A stretch of 63,877 nucleotides of DNA, filler included, from Hyphochytrium catenoides (taxonomy: Eukaryota > Protista > Hyphochytriomycota): the NCBI GenBank assembly GCA_900088475.1. It is 6 parts of 6 records of this genome, joined end to end, with 100 filler letters (N's around TTAATTAATTAA, not from the genome) between each part and the next. Parts side by side here need not be neighbours in the genome. Positions count along the whole stretch, not along the records: positions 1 to 24,987 come from FLMG01003595.1; 5 more parts are not named here. The stretch is one strand, 5' to 3'. The position numbers and the translations under genes are program-made. The notes beneath the pieces were generated by a model. It was not told the origin of the DNA. It saw only the letters and a list, made by a program, of their open reading frames with translations, and ran no database searches. Below, piece after piece: positions 12,251 through 25,087 of the stretch (positions are counted from its first letter, which is position 1; each line of letters begins with the position of its first letter).

Positions 12251-13803
12251 TCTGCTGCCTTTCGGGCTGTCGTCTATACCTACTACCTGCAGAAAGAAGA
12301 GTAACAGTGGATCTCGTCCTCCTCATCCTGCCCGTACTGATCGTGCGTGTTATCGCTGCTACTGCTACTATTGGCACTCTCATCCTCCCTCGTCGTCGTC
12401 TCCCTTCTCTTCAACTGCTAGGCAGTTCACTCCTCCGTCAGAAGGTCAGAAAGATAACTTTTCCCTTACTTCAGGCAGCACTGTGGAGGAAGGCCTTATT
12501 GTTTGGACCATCTACTCCTAAGTAAGCAGGATCGAGGAGTCAACGCCCCCGAAAGCCTGGGGTCTAGCGCGCCCCACTTTTCATCTCCCTTACTTTCCGG
12601 CCCGATAGTCTCTCTGTCTTGCTTTTTTTTTACTTCTCTTCTGGTCGCATCTCTTAGTGCACAGCCGTGTTCTCCACGTAAAGTAGTTGTTCTCTCGGTA
12701 TATTACTGACATTATCTCTATTCTCCCAATCTACCTAGTGTAGCATCGGACTCGGCGTCAAGGTAACGGAGACAGAAAGAAAGGGAATAATAGAACACGC
12801 ACCGAAGCTTGAGCAGCTGCGAGGCCTTGTGAAGCTTCTGGCATAACGGGCTTTCTGTTAGGACGGAAAGGCCTGGAAGGTCGGATCTTCTCATGCCAAT
12901 TGGATATGCCGGCAGCATTCTCACAGAGCGTCATCGGGAGCCCAGCAGAACAGCCAGCGACTGGATGCTATCAGGAGGTTAATTAAGGAAGGAGAAGGAT
13001 AGGTCAGTGAGGGAAGTAAAGAGGATGGTTCAGAAGGGAGATCGTCGGGCGTGGAGAACAGCGGAGAGATAGTGTACCATTAAGATGTAGGCACTATCGG
13101 TAAGAGTAGCAAGAGAAGAAGACAGAGAAAGGGAGAGAAGAAGAGAGACAGAGACACCAGCGCTACAGTAGAGAAAGTAGGAGATAGGAACACAGGCAGG
13201 CATTGAAAGTCACAAAGGATTCAGCTCTGTCTTCGAAAAGCTAAGCACGCTACTTCCTGCTAGGGAACCGTCCACTAGACTTAACTGCAAGGATGCTCTT
13301 CTGACTGGACTATTGCACTGCCAGCTCAGATTAGTTTTCTTAACAGATTGGTTATCAGTAATTTCGGAGATATCTGGAGCTCATTGCTGCTTCAGAATTC
13401 GGTCTGCAGATTCCGTCTGTGGCACACGACTCGGTTAATCAAGAGAATGTTACAGATGATGGAAACGATAGTACAAGAGCGGGAAAAAGACTTATACTAC
13501 CGTTCGTTGTGCCGATAGTAGGAAGAACATCAAGCACAGAGAGTAGCTGAAGACTAGAAAGCTGGATCATGTTGCTCAGCTCGTGCGAGAGTTAAAGAGA
13601 AGAGGAAAGAGAAGAAGAAAATGGGACGTCCAGGACTGATGCATACTCCTCTACTATTTTTATTAGCATAACATGCAAAGAGGAAGATGTAGGGTACACC
13701 CACTCCCACTACAGTTCTGTTTGACATAGATAAAAGCGAAGTACCAGCTGATTCAGAGCTAACTAGAGAGGAGAGACAAAACAAAGAAAGGAATAATTTT
13801 TCT

Positions 13804-14640
13804 CTAGGGCGTTTTAGTAGTAGTAGTAGGAGGAGGAATATGGCAGCCGACGACCTTCATCGTGTAGGGCTTGTAAACCGGATTGACGTAGATTTTCGAT
13901 GACGCCAATTCCCGGATCCATGGCTTGTCCTCGGCCGGGTTCCGAAAGGTCCACACTATCTCCGACTCTGTTTTGAACGCACTCTTGCGGCCAATCTTGA
14001 CTAGTTCAAATAAATTACCGAAGTTTGCGGCAGCATCAGCGCAGGCTTTTATATTGAAGACGGAGGTGGCAGTGTTCCCCGAGGGATCGGTAGACAGAAG
14101 ATTATAGTCCCGGCTGGTGGCGGTAGTAGGAGGTTTCAAGGTAAACCTGGTGTCCTCATAATCCTCATGATACGTATGGTAGTTAACAGGTTCCGTCTCC
14201 TGGTAGAATATCTCCTTATCGGCTAACATATAGACATGGCAAAGTCCAATCTGCTTCGGGAACGCAAAGAGACCATCCTTAGCTAGGTCCTTAGGATCAG
14301 TCGACTTATAATTGACGTAAGTGATTGGGCGCAGTTGATATGCTCCATCACGTCTCTCATCCACGCTCCAGAGGCGGAAACGATGTCCAACAGGCATTTT
14401 AGTGTCACTCTTCTTGTAAAGTCTCTCCTGAGTAATGAAGCTCAACTTGACGCTAAAATCGCCTTCCCTGACTGTGCAGCGCTCGTACATCTCATCAACT
14501 GGGATGCCCTCAATGGGTGTCGTCTCGGCCGTCTCTGCCGTGGCGGTGTCTACCGTGGTCGTCTCTGTCGCGGCCGTCGTTGGCTGGGCCAAGCAGAGCC
14601 CCAGAAGGAGCAATGAAAGGGAGAGTGCACGCTTCACCAT
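13804..14640 (-). CDS. Secreted protein of unknown family, copy A (278 aa, intronless)
   Basis: Signal peptide MVKRALSLSLLLLGLCLAQ, a Thr/Glu/Ala-rich linker, then a globular domain clearly homologous to the ORF at 20555-21259. Confidence 0.85.
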   Translation of the reverse strand: MVKRALSLSLLLLGLCLAQPTTAATETTTVDTATAETAETTPIEGIPVDEMYERCTVREGDFSVKLSFITQERLYKKSDTKMPVGHRFRLWSVDERRDGAYQLRPITYVNYKSTDPKDLAKDGLFAFPKQIGLCHVYMLADKEIFYQETEPVNYHTYHEDYEDTRFTLKPPTTATSRDYNLLSTDPSGNTATSVFNIKACADAAANFGNLFELVKIGRKSAFKTESEIVWTFRNPAEDKPWIRELASSKIYVNPVYKPYTMKVVGCHIPPPTTTTKTP

Positions 14641-16019
14641 TGTTAACACAGTTGCAAGACTTCTGGCGTATAGAAGATAGCTAGGAAGGCACGATGCTAC
14701 TTTTCAGGAGCGCGCTGGACTTTGCAATTGAAAGAATGAGCTGATCCTAGCAGAGGCTTTTCTGTCACTCTCCCTTGACTCTTCTGCTCGTCGCTACCAT
14801 GACACCTGGCTTTTCATAACAGCAGTTCTATCAGCAGTACATTAGAGAGGTTCTGTGTAATGTGTCTGAAGGAGAGGCAGCTTTACCCGGAGGGCAAAGA
14901 GGGGAAAGAAAGAAGAAAGAACCAGTGATCAATAAGTTCAGCAGGCACAGAACTATTGATTCGGTTCTTCTCCTCCTAGAGGACTCGCTAGTTCTATATA
15001 GCTTTTGAGGCCGTAGTAAGCTCTGCACCGTAGAGATAAGAAACGTCCCGTATATATACCCTTTTTAACAGCCCTTCTTCAACCATTCTGATAGGAAACA
15101 TTCTAGACCAATGTAGATCTACTATGATATAATAATTTCTAAAGTGGTCGCCCATCTCACTCCCGAAGGCTCCGCTTCTTTTGGCATGAACTCCTGCATG
15201 CAGTGGGGCTCTAACCGGTGACGTTCTACACTAGGCCGCGGGACTTCTCCACCTACCACCTACAACGTCCTGTGGCCGAACTCTAGACTGGATGGAGGCT
15301 CCGGCTTGGCAGGCTTCCACCCTGAGGTCTCTATCGAAGCTGCCTAATAATAACATTATCAATGAGTCTTTCCATTCTCGGATTGTTGGGTCATCTCGGA
15401 CCAACATCCGGATGTTCCTGTCTCTAGCAGGTGACAAGCACGTCAACAATGAAAGGCATAATAAGAACAGGACTAGGTGGGGACTTCGCTTTACGGCTTG
15501 TTTACCGTAGGCGCTATCTTTTATTAGCGAAATAGCTCGGAGGGTTAATGCCCTGCTCGAGAGTCAGTTCATTTCTAGGTATAGTGCTCAGCAACGACTA
15601 CTACTGACCCCGTATTTTTTGTTCTAATACGGTTCAGTGCCTGCTCTGGAGACAGTACTCTCCTAGAATAGACCAGCTACTTTTCCAGTCTACAGGGTAC
15701 TTCTAATAACACACTAGCAGGGACCATCTAGGGTCAGATGCCAGCTCTATTTATTAGAGACAGGACGATGTTGAATAAGAATACCCTTTGTCTCTGCACA
15801 GTAATGGACTTCAGAAATACTCCGTATCATTCAGGTACGGAAATTTTCTTAGCCGTATACCGGCTAACAATAACTAGGGGTAAGTACCCGCTCTCTTCGC
15901 TCTCTGCCTTCACTAAAGGCAGAACCTTTGTTTGTTTTTTGGGGGAGGAAGTAAGGAACGACTCTCTTATTCCTCGATTGAACTATGATTCTTCTTCCTT
16001 GTCCGACAGTGATGGTGAG

Positions 16020-16720
16020 GGAGGAGGAGGAGAACGCGTTGTAGAGTCCAGGGCTTTGTAGCTCTCGTCTCCTCTTTTTTCCTCTTCTTCTTCTCCTTCT
16101 TCTCCTCCTTCTTCTTCGTCTCCTTCTTTTCTTCTCCTTCTTCTTCTCCTTCTTCTTATTAGTTATTAGTAGTAGCTATCATCCCTTCTATAATAAACAG
16201 AAGCCATCCCTCTTTAAAAAAATAGGTTCCTTCTTCCTGTTCCGAGGACTTGATGGTCAGGGCAAGAAAACGTGTTGAAGAGTCCAGAACTCTGTCGCTC
16301 TCGCCTCGTCTTCATTTTCTTCTGCTTCTTCTTCCCCTCCTCCTAACATCATTTCATATAATTATTACTTTTTTTCATTAATTCTATTACTTCTCAAAAT
16401 AAGCTTTAAAGAAGAGGTAAAAGATGAAGGAAGAAGAAGGAGAAGAAGTAGAAGAAGAAGAAACAGAGGAAAAAGTAAAAGATGAAGGAAGAAGAAGGAG
16501 AAGAAGAAGAAGAAGAAGAAGAAGAAGAGAGAGAAGCAGAAGAAAAGAAACAAAGAAAGCTAATTCTCATAATAAGCTTTTTTTCTATATATGATGTAAG
16601 AGATGAAGAAAGAAGAAGAAGAAGAAGTAAGAGATGAAGAAAGAAGAAGGAGAAGAAGAAGAAGAAGAAGAAAAAGAGGAAGAAGAAAAGAAACGAGGAA
16701 AGCTATGACGCCTTGGTCTC
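16020..16720. repeat. (CTT)n/(GAA)n low-complexity tract with a short diverged direct duplication
   Basis: Long GAA/CTT runs. aacgcgttgtagagtccagggc (about 16033) recurs as aacgtgttgaagagtccagaac (about 16269). Confidence 0.75.
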
Positions 16721-18039
16721 TTCCTCCTCAACCTGATCTCCTTCACACTCATCATTCGTGAAGGAAGAATCATTTTTTTTAATCGATCTCTTCAGTAATA
16801 ACAAGGGGAGAAGGAGGAGGAGGAGGTGAATGATCAACCACAGTTTTTTATAAAAAGGAAGAAGTAATAAAAGCTAAAGGAACCCTAACCTAATTATTAT
16901 CAGAGTGGATAACCTTTAGAAAGTCCAGATTGAAAAAGGACAGTAGCATCGCTGTCTTTGTTGCAGTGTCAATTGTTTAGAACGACCGGATACCAGGATA
17001 ACCTAAGAGCCCAAGAGTTACAGTTGCACTGAACCCAAAAGTGGCGGTAGATTTGAAGACTGAACTGAAAGGGTGCACTGCACCTAATCAAGAAAGTTAC
17101 GGTTGGATTCCCATAACGTTACGGTGAGGGCTCAGATTTCCTAGACGGTCCAATGGTCTAATGGACTGTACTTTCTGATAATATACCAATGAATATACGG
17201 AGTACTCCGTAAGAGAAGTACGCTGAAGAAGAGGAGATGAGTCAGGACTAGGGATAGGTTATCTAGGGATGAGCTCAGACCTCTAACCGCTGAGTTTTTT
17301 CTAGCCTAGCGATGGACTTTCAATCCGTATCATCCTTATTAGCTGATCTGAATCTTTTGCTCGCTCATCGTCATCACCAATCGAACTTGATAGTGAACTA
17401 TCAAGAGCTTCGACGACAATCAGAAGGACGCCCGCAAAGGCTAGCAACGAAATTACACTCCTTGCGTTCAACCGGCAGATAGTCCAAGTCCGATCCTTGT
17501 TCACTGTTTGCTATCTTCCAGGAGGACTGTACAATTTGTTTCTTGGCCTTGCTGTCGGTGTTCGCTAAAAATTGATAGCCAGTACTCTACTCTGAGTATA
17601 TGCTATCCAAGAAAGAGGCAGCACCAATGAGGAAGAACAAAGACAGCAGAGATGAAAGCAGGAAGCAAAGCGATAGACTCAAGAGAGCAGAAGCAATGCA
17701 GCAATGAACTTAGCGCTTTATCGGTTGGTGGAAGAAGAACAATGATAGGGATGTTTATGAGTTCTAGCCAATGAAGAGAAACCCACCTTCTGCAGTCTCT
17801 CATACGGACTGAGAAGACGCGCTGCCGTCTTGGGACTTAGCATGGAGAGGGGCCTCCCCATAATAGATGAACACGGTGCATGCCACTACTTCCGCACATA
17901 TCTGAGTGTCGTTAAGAGGCTCCTTTGTTGTAGGGAGAAACGGACTGAGCAGCGTTAGATAAGTCGCTTCGACTGGCCAGGCCGCAGCTCTAACAAAGCT
18001 GCGAGGAGAAGGGCTATCTAATGGTCATCAGTGCCAAGG

Positions 18040-18320
18040 ACAGCTCAGCCTTAGGGAGCAGATAATAGATGGAAAGAGGAGAAGAGCAATAATCTCATAG
18101 AAGATGAAGAGGGCGACAGAAAGCAGGACGTGATAGATTAGAGACGATGAGCAGCCGCCGTGGTAAGGGCAACACTGATAGCCAATGGTGGGCCTAACGT
18201 CTCAAGGTTACCCATCCTCGTCGCTAGTTCAGTTGATTGAGGCCGTCTTCATTGTGAGCTCCTTCTTTTATCCACCTAGCGCTTGCTCCAAGAGGAAGAG
18301 CGAGAGCTCGTCGTCCCTAG
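18040..18320. repeat. Diverged dispersed repeat, copy 2 (paralog of 2940-3190)
   Basis: Same ordered blocks as at 2940-3190. Confidence 0.7.
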
Positions 18321-19699
18321 GAAACTATTCAACGTGCCTAACCCGAGCATACATGCTCCATCTTTGGTCTCCTTATAGGCCAGCATTCTTGATGATAGGG
18401 TCCTCCCCCTAGTCGATCATGACATTCCTCTTCTTAGCTAGACAATGGCCTCAGCCGAACCAAGAACGAAAGTCATTGGACGCAGCCGTGTAACTCATCC
18501 AAACTCCAAAGATCGAGGCTATAGAATAGCCAGTCAGGATCTCGCTTGCTCAGACCAGAGTCTCTCTTCAGTGATTTCTCTTTCCTTATCTCAATGCCGA
18601 CTGGAAGATCTATACGTCTCCCTTGTACGAGCTCATCTCTGACTCTATTTTATGGAAACGAGCAGAGCTCCTAGAGGTAGAGTAGCAGGCTAAGGGAGAA
18701 TGTGCTTTCCTTCACTGTCATCTGGTGAGCAGAGCTGCTGTTATATATATCTTTTAAACGGTGGAGCCTCCTACCTGGGGCAGACTCGACGAGTGCAGAT
18801 GATGTGGACGTACGGCGCAAAGCTGACTACTCTCCTTCCTGCTTGGGACTCTCCGGTCGCTTAACAAAGAGTCGAAGCATTGTATAGCACTGATGACTAC
18901 TTGCCGACTCAAGAACTCTGGGCCCCGCTGCTGTGATGGAGAGAGCGAGTGCGAAAGAAAAGGGATGGAACCAAAATAGAGGACAATGAAGATTTGCTGG
19001 CGAGAGAGATTGAATGAGAGGGACGAGAGAGAGAAGAGGCACAGAGAAAACCGAGAAGGTGTGGGTCGGTAGTCAATGACGGCTTAATCTGCACAACGTC
19101 CATAGCCTGGGGATGGCTTCCTCAATGGTAGACGGCCGTGAACAAAAGAGAACAAACAAGGGGAAGAAAAGAGAGAGAGGGCAATGAAAAAGTCGCCTCT
19201 TCTTCAAATCTATAATATAAATTTACGATGGATCTAACATATATATGTGCTCCTTGCATCGCGCCTCTGCTTGGGTGCGGGAAACAAGCGAAGAAGGAGA
19301 GAAATAGCTGGAGAAGTCAAGGAAAAGGATCGAGGAGGCACATGAGACTACTTGAGTGGACAATTGCATAAGGAGAGAGAGATAGATAAGATAGAGAGAG
19401 GAACAGAGACAAGAAGGGAACGAACATGTCCTTTCTCTTCACGCCGAGAAGCACCAGCCAATGATCATAACAGGAGATACATCATAGAACTTTAGGACTG
19501 AAAGATAACTCTTGATTTACATCTTGAAAGGACAGATATAACTCCTCCGTCCCTTGGCCGATGATGGTCTTATACTTCGGAGGATGTGAGCTACTTCGTA
19601 ACAGAAGATTTTCACCTTGATTGTGGGACCGGCGGATAGAGAGGGCGGAGAGAGCAAAGGGACTGAACAGGAAAAGAGTACTGAGCTTCCCTATCTACT

Positions 19700-20170
19700 C
19701 CTCGTCCGTAGGCGCAGCCGATGACCTTCATGCGGAAGGGCAACTGAGCTAGATTTGCATATAACTTCCCCTTGTAACTCTTGGTAGCATTTGGTCCACG
19801 GACTGTCATCGGCGGGGTTTATCAAAAGACCCACTCATCAATCGTGCTGTGGATGCTGAACAAGAAGTCGTGAGGAAGAAGCCTCAGATTTCTTCCTGCC
19901 TGCTCGACAAGAGTTGAAGGATGCTCCTGCATTACGTAACGACTGTTCAATGATAGAAGCTCCCGGTCCTCTGCCAGGGTAGTAAGAGCCAGAGCGAAAG
20001 GGAGAGAGCAAACCTGGAGGGAAGGCAGACAGAACAGACACGACGGACGAGAGAAGCAAGCGGGGAGGGAGAGCGAGGAGGGCGGCAGCAAACCGGCCTA
20101 TCTCTCGGCGGTGTACATGGACAATGGACAAGATGTTCGATCCTTTGGTAGCCTACCGGACAGAGTAAAC
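19700..20170 (-). pseudogene. Frameshifted copy of the secreted protein family
   Basis: Fragments CPVGY, EWV, NPADDSPWTK and LYANLAQLPFRMKVIGCAY lie in different frames. They match RPVGY, NPAEDKPWIR and PY(T/R)MKVVGC of the intact copies. No signal-peptide region was found. Confidence 0.8.
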
Positions 20171-20554
20171 TAGGAAAAGGAGAGAGAGATGAGAGAAATA
20201 GCAGTCTTTCCTTTGCTTTTTGGCGGATTTGCACTGCATCTTACACTGCTATTTCTCTCCCTTTCGCGACTCTTTTTAGTTAGTGCGCTTCGGAGCATGG
20301 AGAATGGTCATCAATCACCTCATGGCTGACTGGCGGGACTGAGAGAGAAGAAGAGAGGAGAGACGCACATGGGACTTCGGGACTGATAAATAGCTCGTTA
20401 CTTTACAAGGACATACATAGCTAACTCCTGCCGCGAGCGTCACCGATTTGGTGGTTGACCTCGTAGGAAACCAGGAAGATCTGAGCCAAATCCACAGAGA
20501 GAGAGAGGGAGAGAGAGAGAGAGATTAAAGTGAAGGACAGCGACTATCCCTTCC

Positions 20555-21259
20555 CTAGATGTAGCAACCGACGACCTTCATGCGGTAAGGAAGATGAGCC
20601 TGGGCGTAAAAGACGTGTGGTGTCTCTTGTTCTTTGACCCACTTACGACTGGCATTGTCGATGGGATTCGTAAGGATCCATTCCTTCTTAGCATTTTGTC
20701 TGAATAAATTCTTGAACTCCGGGGAAGCGTCCTTGCAGGTCTGCATGCTAATAGAAACCGTCCTGCTAGTAGAATGGGATTGCAATATCACTTGAGGGTC
20801 GCCGCCTGTCAATGCAGGAGGTCTGTAGAGGAACTTGAAGGTCTTCTCAAAGTTTAAATTATGTGTATGGTAGTCCACGGGTGTCGTCGCCTGGAACTTC
20901 AGCTCATCGCCCTCCAGCCTGTAGAGGTGACAACGACCATATCTATCCAGTAGGAATGACCTCTGCATAGCTTGATCCGTATCATCGGTCCCATAGTCTA
21001 AGTAACCCACTGGACGCAATTGTCTAAGCGAGTCACTCCTCACATCCAGACTCCAGAGACGAAAGCGATATGCCAATGGCTTGCTCGCGATTCTCATTTT
21101 CTTTGGATAGAGCTTCTCTCGAGTGATGAAGTTTATGTTGACAGTAAATTTGAAAGGAACCACCGTGCAGGTTTCATGTTCCTTATCTTCTGCTGTGCTT
21201 GATGTTGCAAAACAGAGCCCTAGAAGTACCAGTGCAAGGAAGAATGCGCGGTCCATCAT
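20555..21259 (-). CDS. Secreted protein of unknown family, copy B (about 234 aa from MMDRAFF, intronless)
   Basis: Signal peptide MMDRAFFLALVLLGLCFA. It shares with copy A the motifs CTV, FIT.E.LY.K, P...RFRLWS.D, QLRP..Y..Y, G.CH.Y.L, PV.YHT, C.DA...F.NLF, W...NP and PY.MKVVGC.I. Confidence 0.85.
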   Translation of the reverse strand: MMDRAFFLALVLLGLCFATSSTAEDKEHETCTVVPFKFTVNINFITREKLYPKKMRIASKPLAYRFRLWSLDVRSDSLRQLRPVGYLDYGTDDTDQAMQRSFLLDRYGRCHLYRLEGDELKFQATTPVDYHTHNLNFEKTFKFLYRPPALTGGDPQVILQSHSTSRTVSISMQTCKDASPEFKNLFRQNAKKEWILTNPIDNASRKWVKEQETPHVFYAQAHLPYRMKVVGCYI

Positions 21260-23268
21260 CAGTAACAGGAGCTCGAGGCCACTAGTGAAAACTTGGTGTT
21301 CCTGGGGATTGCGCGAGTTTGGGACTGAAGGAGTCGGGGTGACCTGCGCGCTGCCTGCTGTCATCCTAGCTGCTCCAGTTATGTTTAGCTACAGCGGTAG
21401 TAATGTACAGCACTACTATTGGCAGGAGGCTGCCGAGTAATAATCAACGATACAGCGTGGCTTTGAACCAGAGTCTAGCTGGACTGACAACCAAAGCTGG
21501 TAACAAATAGGAACTCCCGCTGACAGAGAAGACCTGGAAAGACGGGAAGGGTTAGCGCGTCTCAAAGTGATAGCTCTGTCTTCTTCTGCATCCGAGCGCC
21601 TGGCAAGGGCGACTCTGGTACACTAGTTCTACTACGCTGTACCGATACACTACTAGCTATACATTTATATTGCTGTTGAATGGTTAAGACAGAATAAGAT
21701 CCCAACCAAATTTGTGTTTCTGATCACTTTTGCTACCGTTGAATGTACTACTACTCCTAGCACTTTTTTCTAGGAGTAGGCATTATAGAGCTAATAACGG
21801 TTGGAAAGTTGGGAGGGAGAAGAGAGAGATGAAGGCAACAATGGAGTAGCACAGTGAGACAGTCTAGTGAGAGACCGATATAACTGACGAGACTTCTCAA
21901 AGACAATTCAGGTCTTTCGCTGTTTCTAACATGCCTGTCACCTGCCAGCTCACCTACAACCACCTGCCGCAGGGAATGGAAGACTGTGGGTGCAATTAAT
22001 AGAGATACAAGGACTAGTAGCAGTACAGTTAGGTAGTTCTGCAGCCTGTGCGCTGTCTCCTATGCTTTTGTGGGTGTGCTACAGATTACAAGCCGTTCAA
22101 CAAAGCGATGTGAGCAGCCCGGGCGGTCGCATAGGGATTGCGATTTCTCTTGTTCGTGCTTCGTGTCCTGCCGTGGTGTAGAACAGTTCATTTAGGGCAA
22201 AGAGACAGGAGCGCGCGCAGCAGCCAAACGAGAAGCGGAGAACTTCAACCGACCCAGGAGCCGGATGCGGGTAGAACTAGTTAGTAGTTGGACTGTCGTC
22301 GAAGTCTGCCTTTTTTTATAAGACGTGATTGACTAGAAGAGACAGGACAGCGCCGCCCTATAATAAGAAAGAAGAAGCAGCACAAAGCACTCGTACTACC
22401 GGTCAGTAGAACTACAAGGACACTTAAAAGTACCAGTACAAACAACCCTACACCAAGAGTGCCCTAGCACTTCCACTACGCCCCAGCAATGAAAGAATGG
22501 CCACTTGCTGGTGCGACACCCTGTACATCGCTTGCGCCCTACAATCTTACTGCGAGTATTTGTACGTACAAGTCCTGCTTCTTGAATAAGCCTGCTGGCC
22601 TAGCTCTACTGGTCGGGAGAAATAATGAGTAGTGGCGCAGTTTTGCTGCAGTCCTAGATTTACTGTAGCGCAAATAAATACCCTGTTCACAGATCTCGGT
22701 ACTTACTTATCCTTTCTTGCTTCTTGCCTTCTCGTCGTTAGGGGGTACGGTCGCAATGTTGGAGCTTTGGGGCCTTTTCATGATTTTATCAAAAGAAGAA
22801 GTGTCGATGACCGATGACCGTACATCGATCATCGCTAATTAGAACTCTTATACACCGTGTAAGCCACGCTTCAAGTCCAGGTACTTCTAGAAACTGGGAC
22901 AGTAAAATAAAAAAGTAAAAATGAGTGAAGGGATGAATTTGTAAGTCCACAAAACCGCTAACCGTACTGCATACAAGAGAGAGTACAACTACCGTTTTGC
23001 CACAACTAGTTGCCTAGTTACAAGCACTGCAAGTACTAAGTAGGGCAAGACGAAGCTCTTTACTTGTTGTATTCTTTGTGCCACTATCAAAGTTCTGCGG
23101 CAGGTCTTACTTTATAAGTAGCTCTCTGGCCCATAAGTATAAGTAGTACTTGTAAGTTCTGGTACAACGTTTCTTTCTGGTACATTGGTCGGGACCTTGG
23201 GTGGAGTAGACCGACTCTCTCCTTCCTTCTACCTCAGAGATCCTTCCCATCACTCCAACAACTAGAAG

Positions 23269-23300
<32 letters not shown>

Positions 23301-24668
23301 GTCTCTCTCTCTTCCATGTCTCTCTTTCTCGCTGTCTCTTCTCTCTATGTCTCTCTCTCTCTTCTGCTGACCTCTCTCTCTTCTCTGTCCCTCTCTTTCT
23401 TTTCTAGAACTATGTCTCTCTATTTTCAATCCCTATCTTCTCGCCCTGCCTTGTTCTCTTATGGATTTCTCTCTCATTTTTTCTCTCTTGACATCATTCT
23501 TCTATCACTCCAGGCGTTTTTCACCCTATTTGCCTATCCGTCTGTCTATCTGTCTCGTTAATACTCCTTTCTCGCATTTTCTCGGTTCCTCTCTTTCTCT
23601 CTCTTTTTGTCCAGATCCATCCCCTCTCCAACATTAGCATTATGAGCCGCACGACTGTTTTTTTCTCTTAATCCGTTCACATTTATCTCAGTCTTTTTAT
23701 ATGAGGATCTGGCACCTCGAGGAACTCGTCTCTTCTATGCTTTACAACTGTTGCACTACAAGTGTTATAGCTGCATCTTACTCTTCTATGTCTCTTCACT
23801 TCGCGACTCTCTCTCTTTCCTCTGGGTGCCCTACATCTCTCTCTCTCCCAAGAGCAATAAACTCCGCCAAAGGATCGGGCTTAACGTGATCTCTCTCTCT
23901 CTCTTTGGGTGGATTTTTCCTTTTACCTTAAGAACTAATAAGCAGGGGAGCCATCAATGAAAACCAGGAGAAAGGACCGAGGGTTCACCTTTAGCGCGAG
24001 CCAACGACAACAGGAGAGAGAGAGAGATCAAAGGAACTACTAGTAGAGCCTTAAGGTTCGTCCATAGAAGCCAGTCTGGCTTGAAATTTTAAATCATCGT
24101 CTCTTCTCGCGGTTGCCATGCCGCCTCATCGTCTCTTTCCATTTGATGAGAAGAAAGGCGAGGTCTCTTTCTCTTGTTCCCTGTTTCCTCCAACCTCCCC
24201 AATGACTGGGTTTATCCACTGTGCATCTTTGAAGGCTTCACAGACCGATCATTTTTAATACCAGCAGTGAGGAGACGTAGCGAGTGAGAGAGAAGGCGAG
24301 TAAGATAGAGGGAGAAGACAAGAGAGAGAGAGAATTCGAGAGAGAGAGAGAAAGAGAGATAGCATACTCTTGCGCAGCTTCGCCCCTCTTCTCAAAGCTT
24401 CATTTTCTCTCTCCGTCGCACATCTTGACGGGAGAACAAAGCACCACTGTGTTCGCGGGCTCCTTCTGCAAAGAAGAGAGACAAGCACGTGCTTCAGGGG
24501 CTGACACCTCTCTTTCCTTTCTATTTTTCCTATCCTGATCTCCACAAGGAAGGAAAGAAAGGACACGCACATAGAGGAACGCCTCTCTTCCTCTGCCCGC
24601 CTCCTCCTGCCCGACGAGTTTTTCCTTTTCCCTTTTCTCTCTATTGTCTCTCTCTTTCACCGGGAAAG

Positions 24669-24987
24669 ATGTACTCCTTTGGATTGCGATCTTCGACTGC
24701 AGCACTCTGCCTTGTGCTCTTTCTCGCCTCTTCTCCCTCTTCTCTATGTGACAAGATCAAGGAAGAAGAAGAGTTCGTCCCATTTTCTCTTTCTTCCGTT
24801 CTCCCCTCTCGCCAACTGCAGGAAGGCGGAGTGAACACTGATCCCGCTTCTGCTCCCCGCTTCGCTGGGTTAGAGTCTCTCTATATCGGTGGGACCCCTC
24901 GGCCCCCCGTGGCCCCGACTCCATCGCCCTCCGTTTATTCCCCTTCTCCCACTCCTCCAGTCACTCCGCCTACGCCCCCTCCCCCGG
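24669..24987 (+). CDS. Secreted Pro/Ser/Thr-rich (extensin/HRGP-like) protein, truncated at contig end
   Basis: Signal peptide MYSFGLRSSTAALCLVLFLASS, then SRQLQE, then PPVAPTPSPSVYSPSPTPPVTPPTPPPP running into the N gap. Confidence 0.6.
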
Positions 24988-25087
24988 NNNNNNNNNNNNN
25001 NNNNNNNNNNNNNNNNNNNNNNNNNNNNNNNTTAATTAATTAANNNNNNNNNNNNNNNNNNNNNNNNNNNNNNNNNNNNNNNNNNNN
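24988..25087. other. Artificial contig linker (N-TTAATTAATTAA-N)
   Basis: 100-nt N spacer containing a six-frame stop cassette at 25032-25043. Confidence 0.97.

Noticed and set aside
16880-16895. aaccctaaccta telomere-like motif
   Set aside because: Fewer than two full units, as expected by chance.
17301-17504. LNARS-containing ORF as a LINE endonuclease start
   Set aside because: No further endonuclease motifs (QET, GDFN, SDH) could be found.
25032-25043. Palindromic TTAATTAATTAA recurring five times
   Set aside because: Always centred in a 100-nt N spacer, so it is a six-frame-stop assembly linker and not biological.
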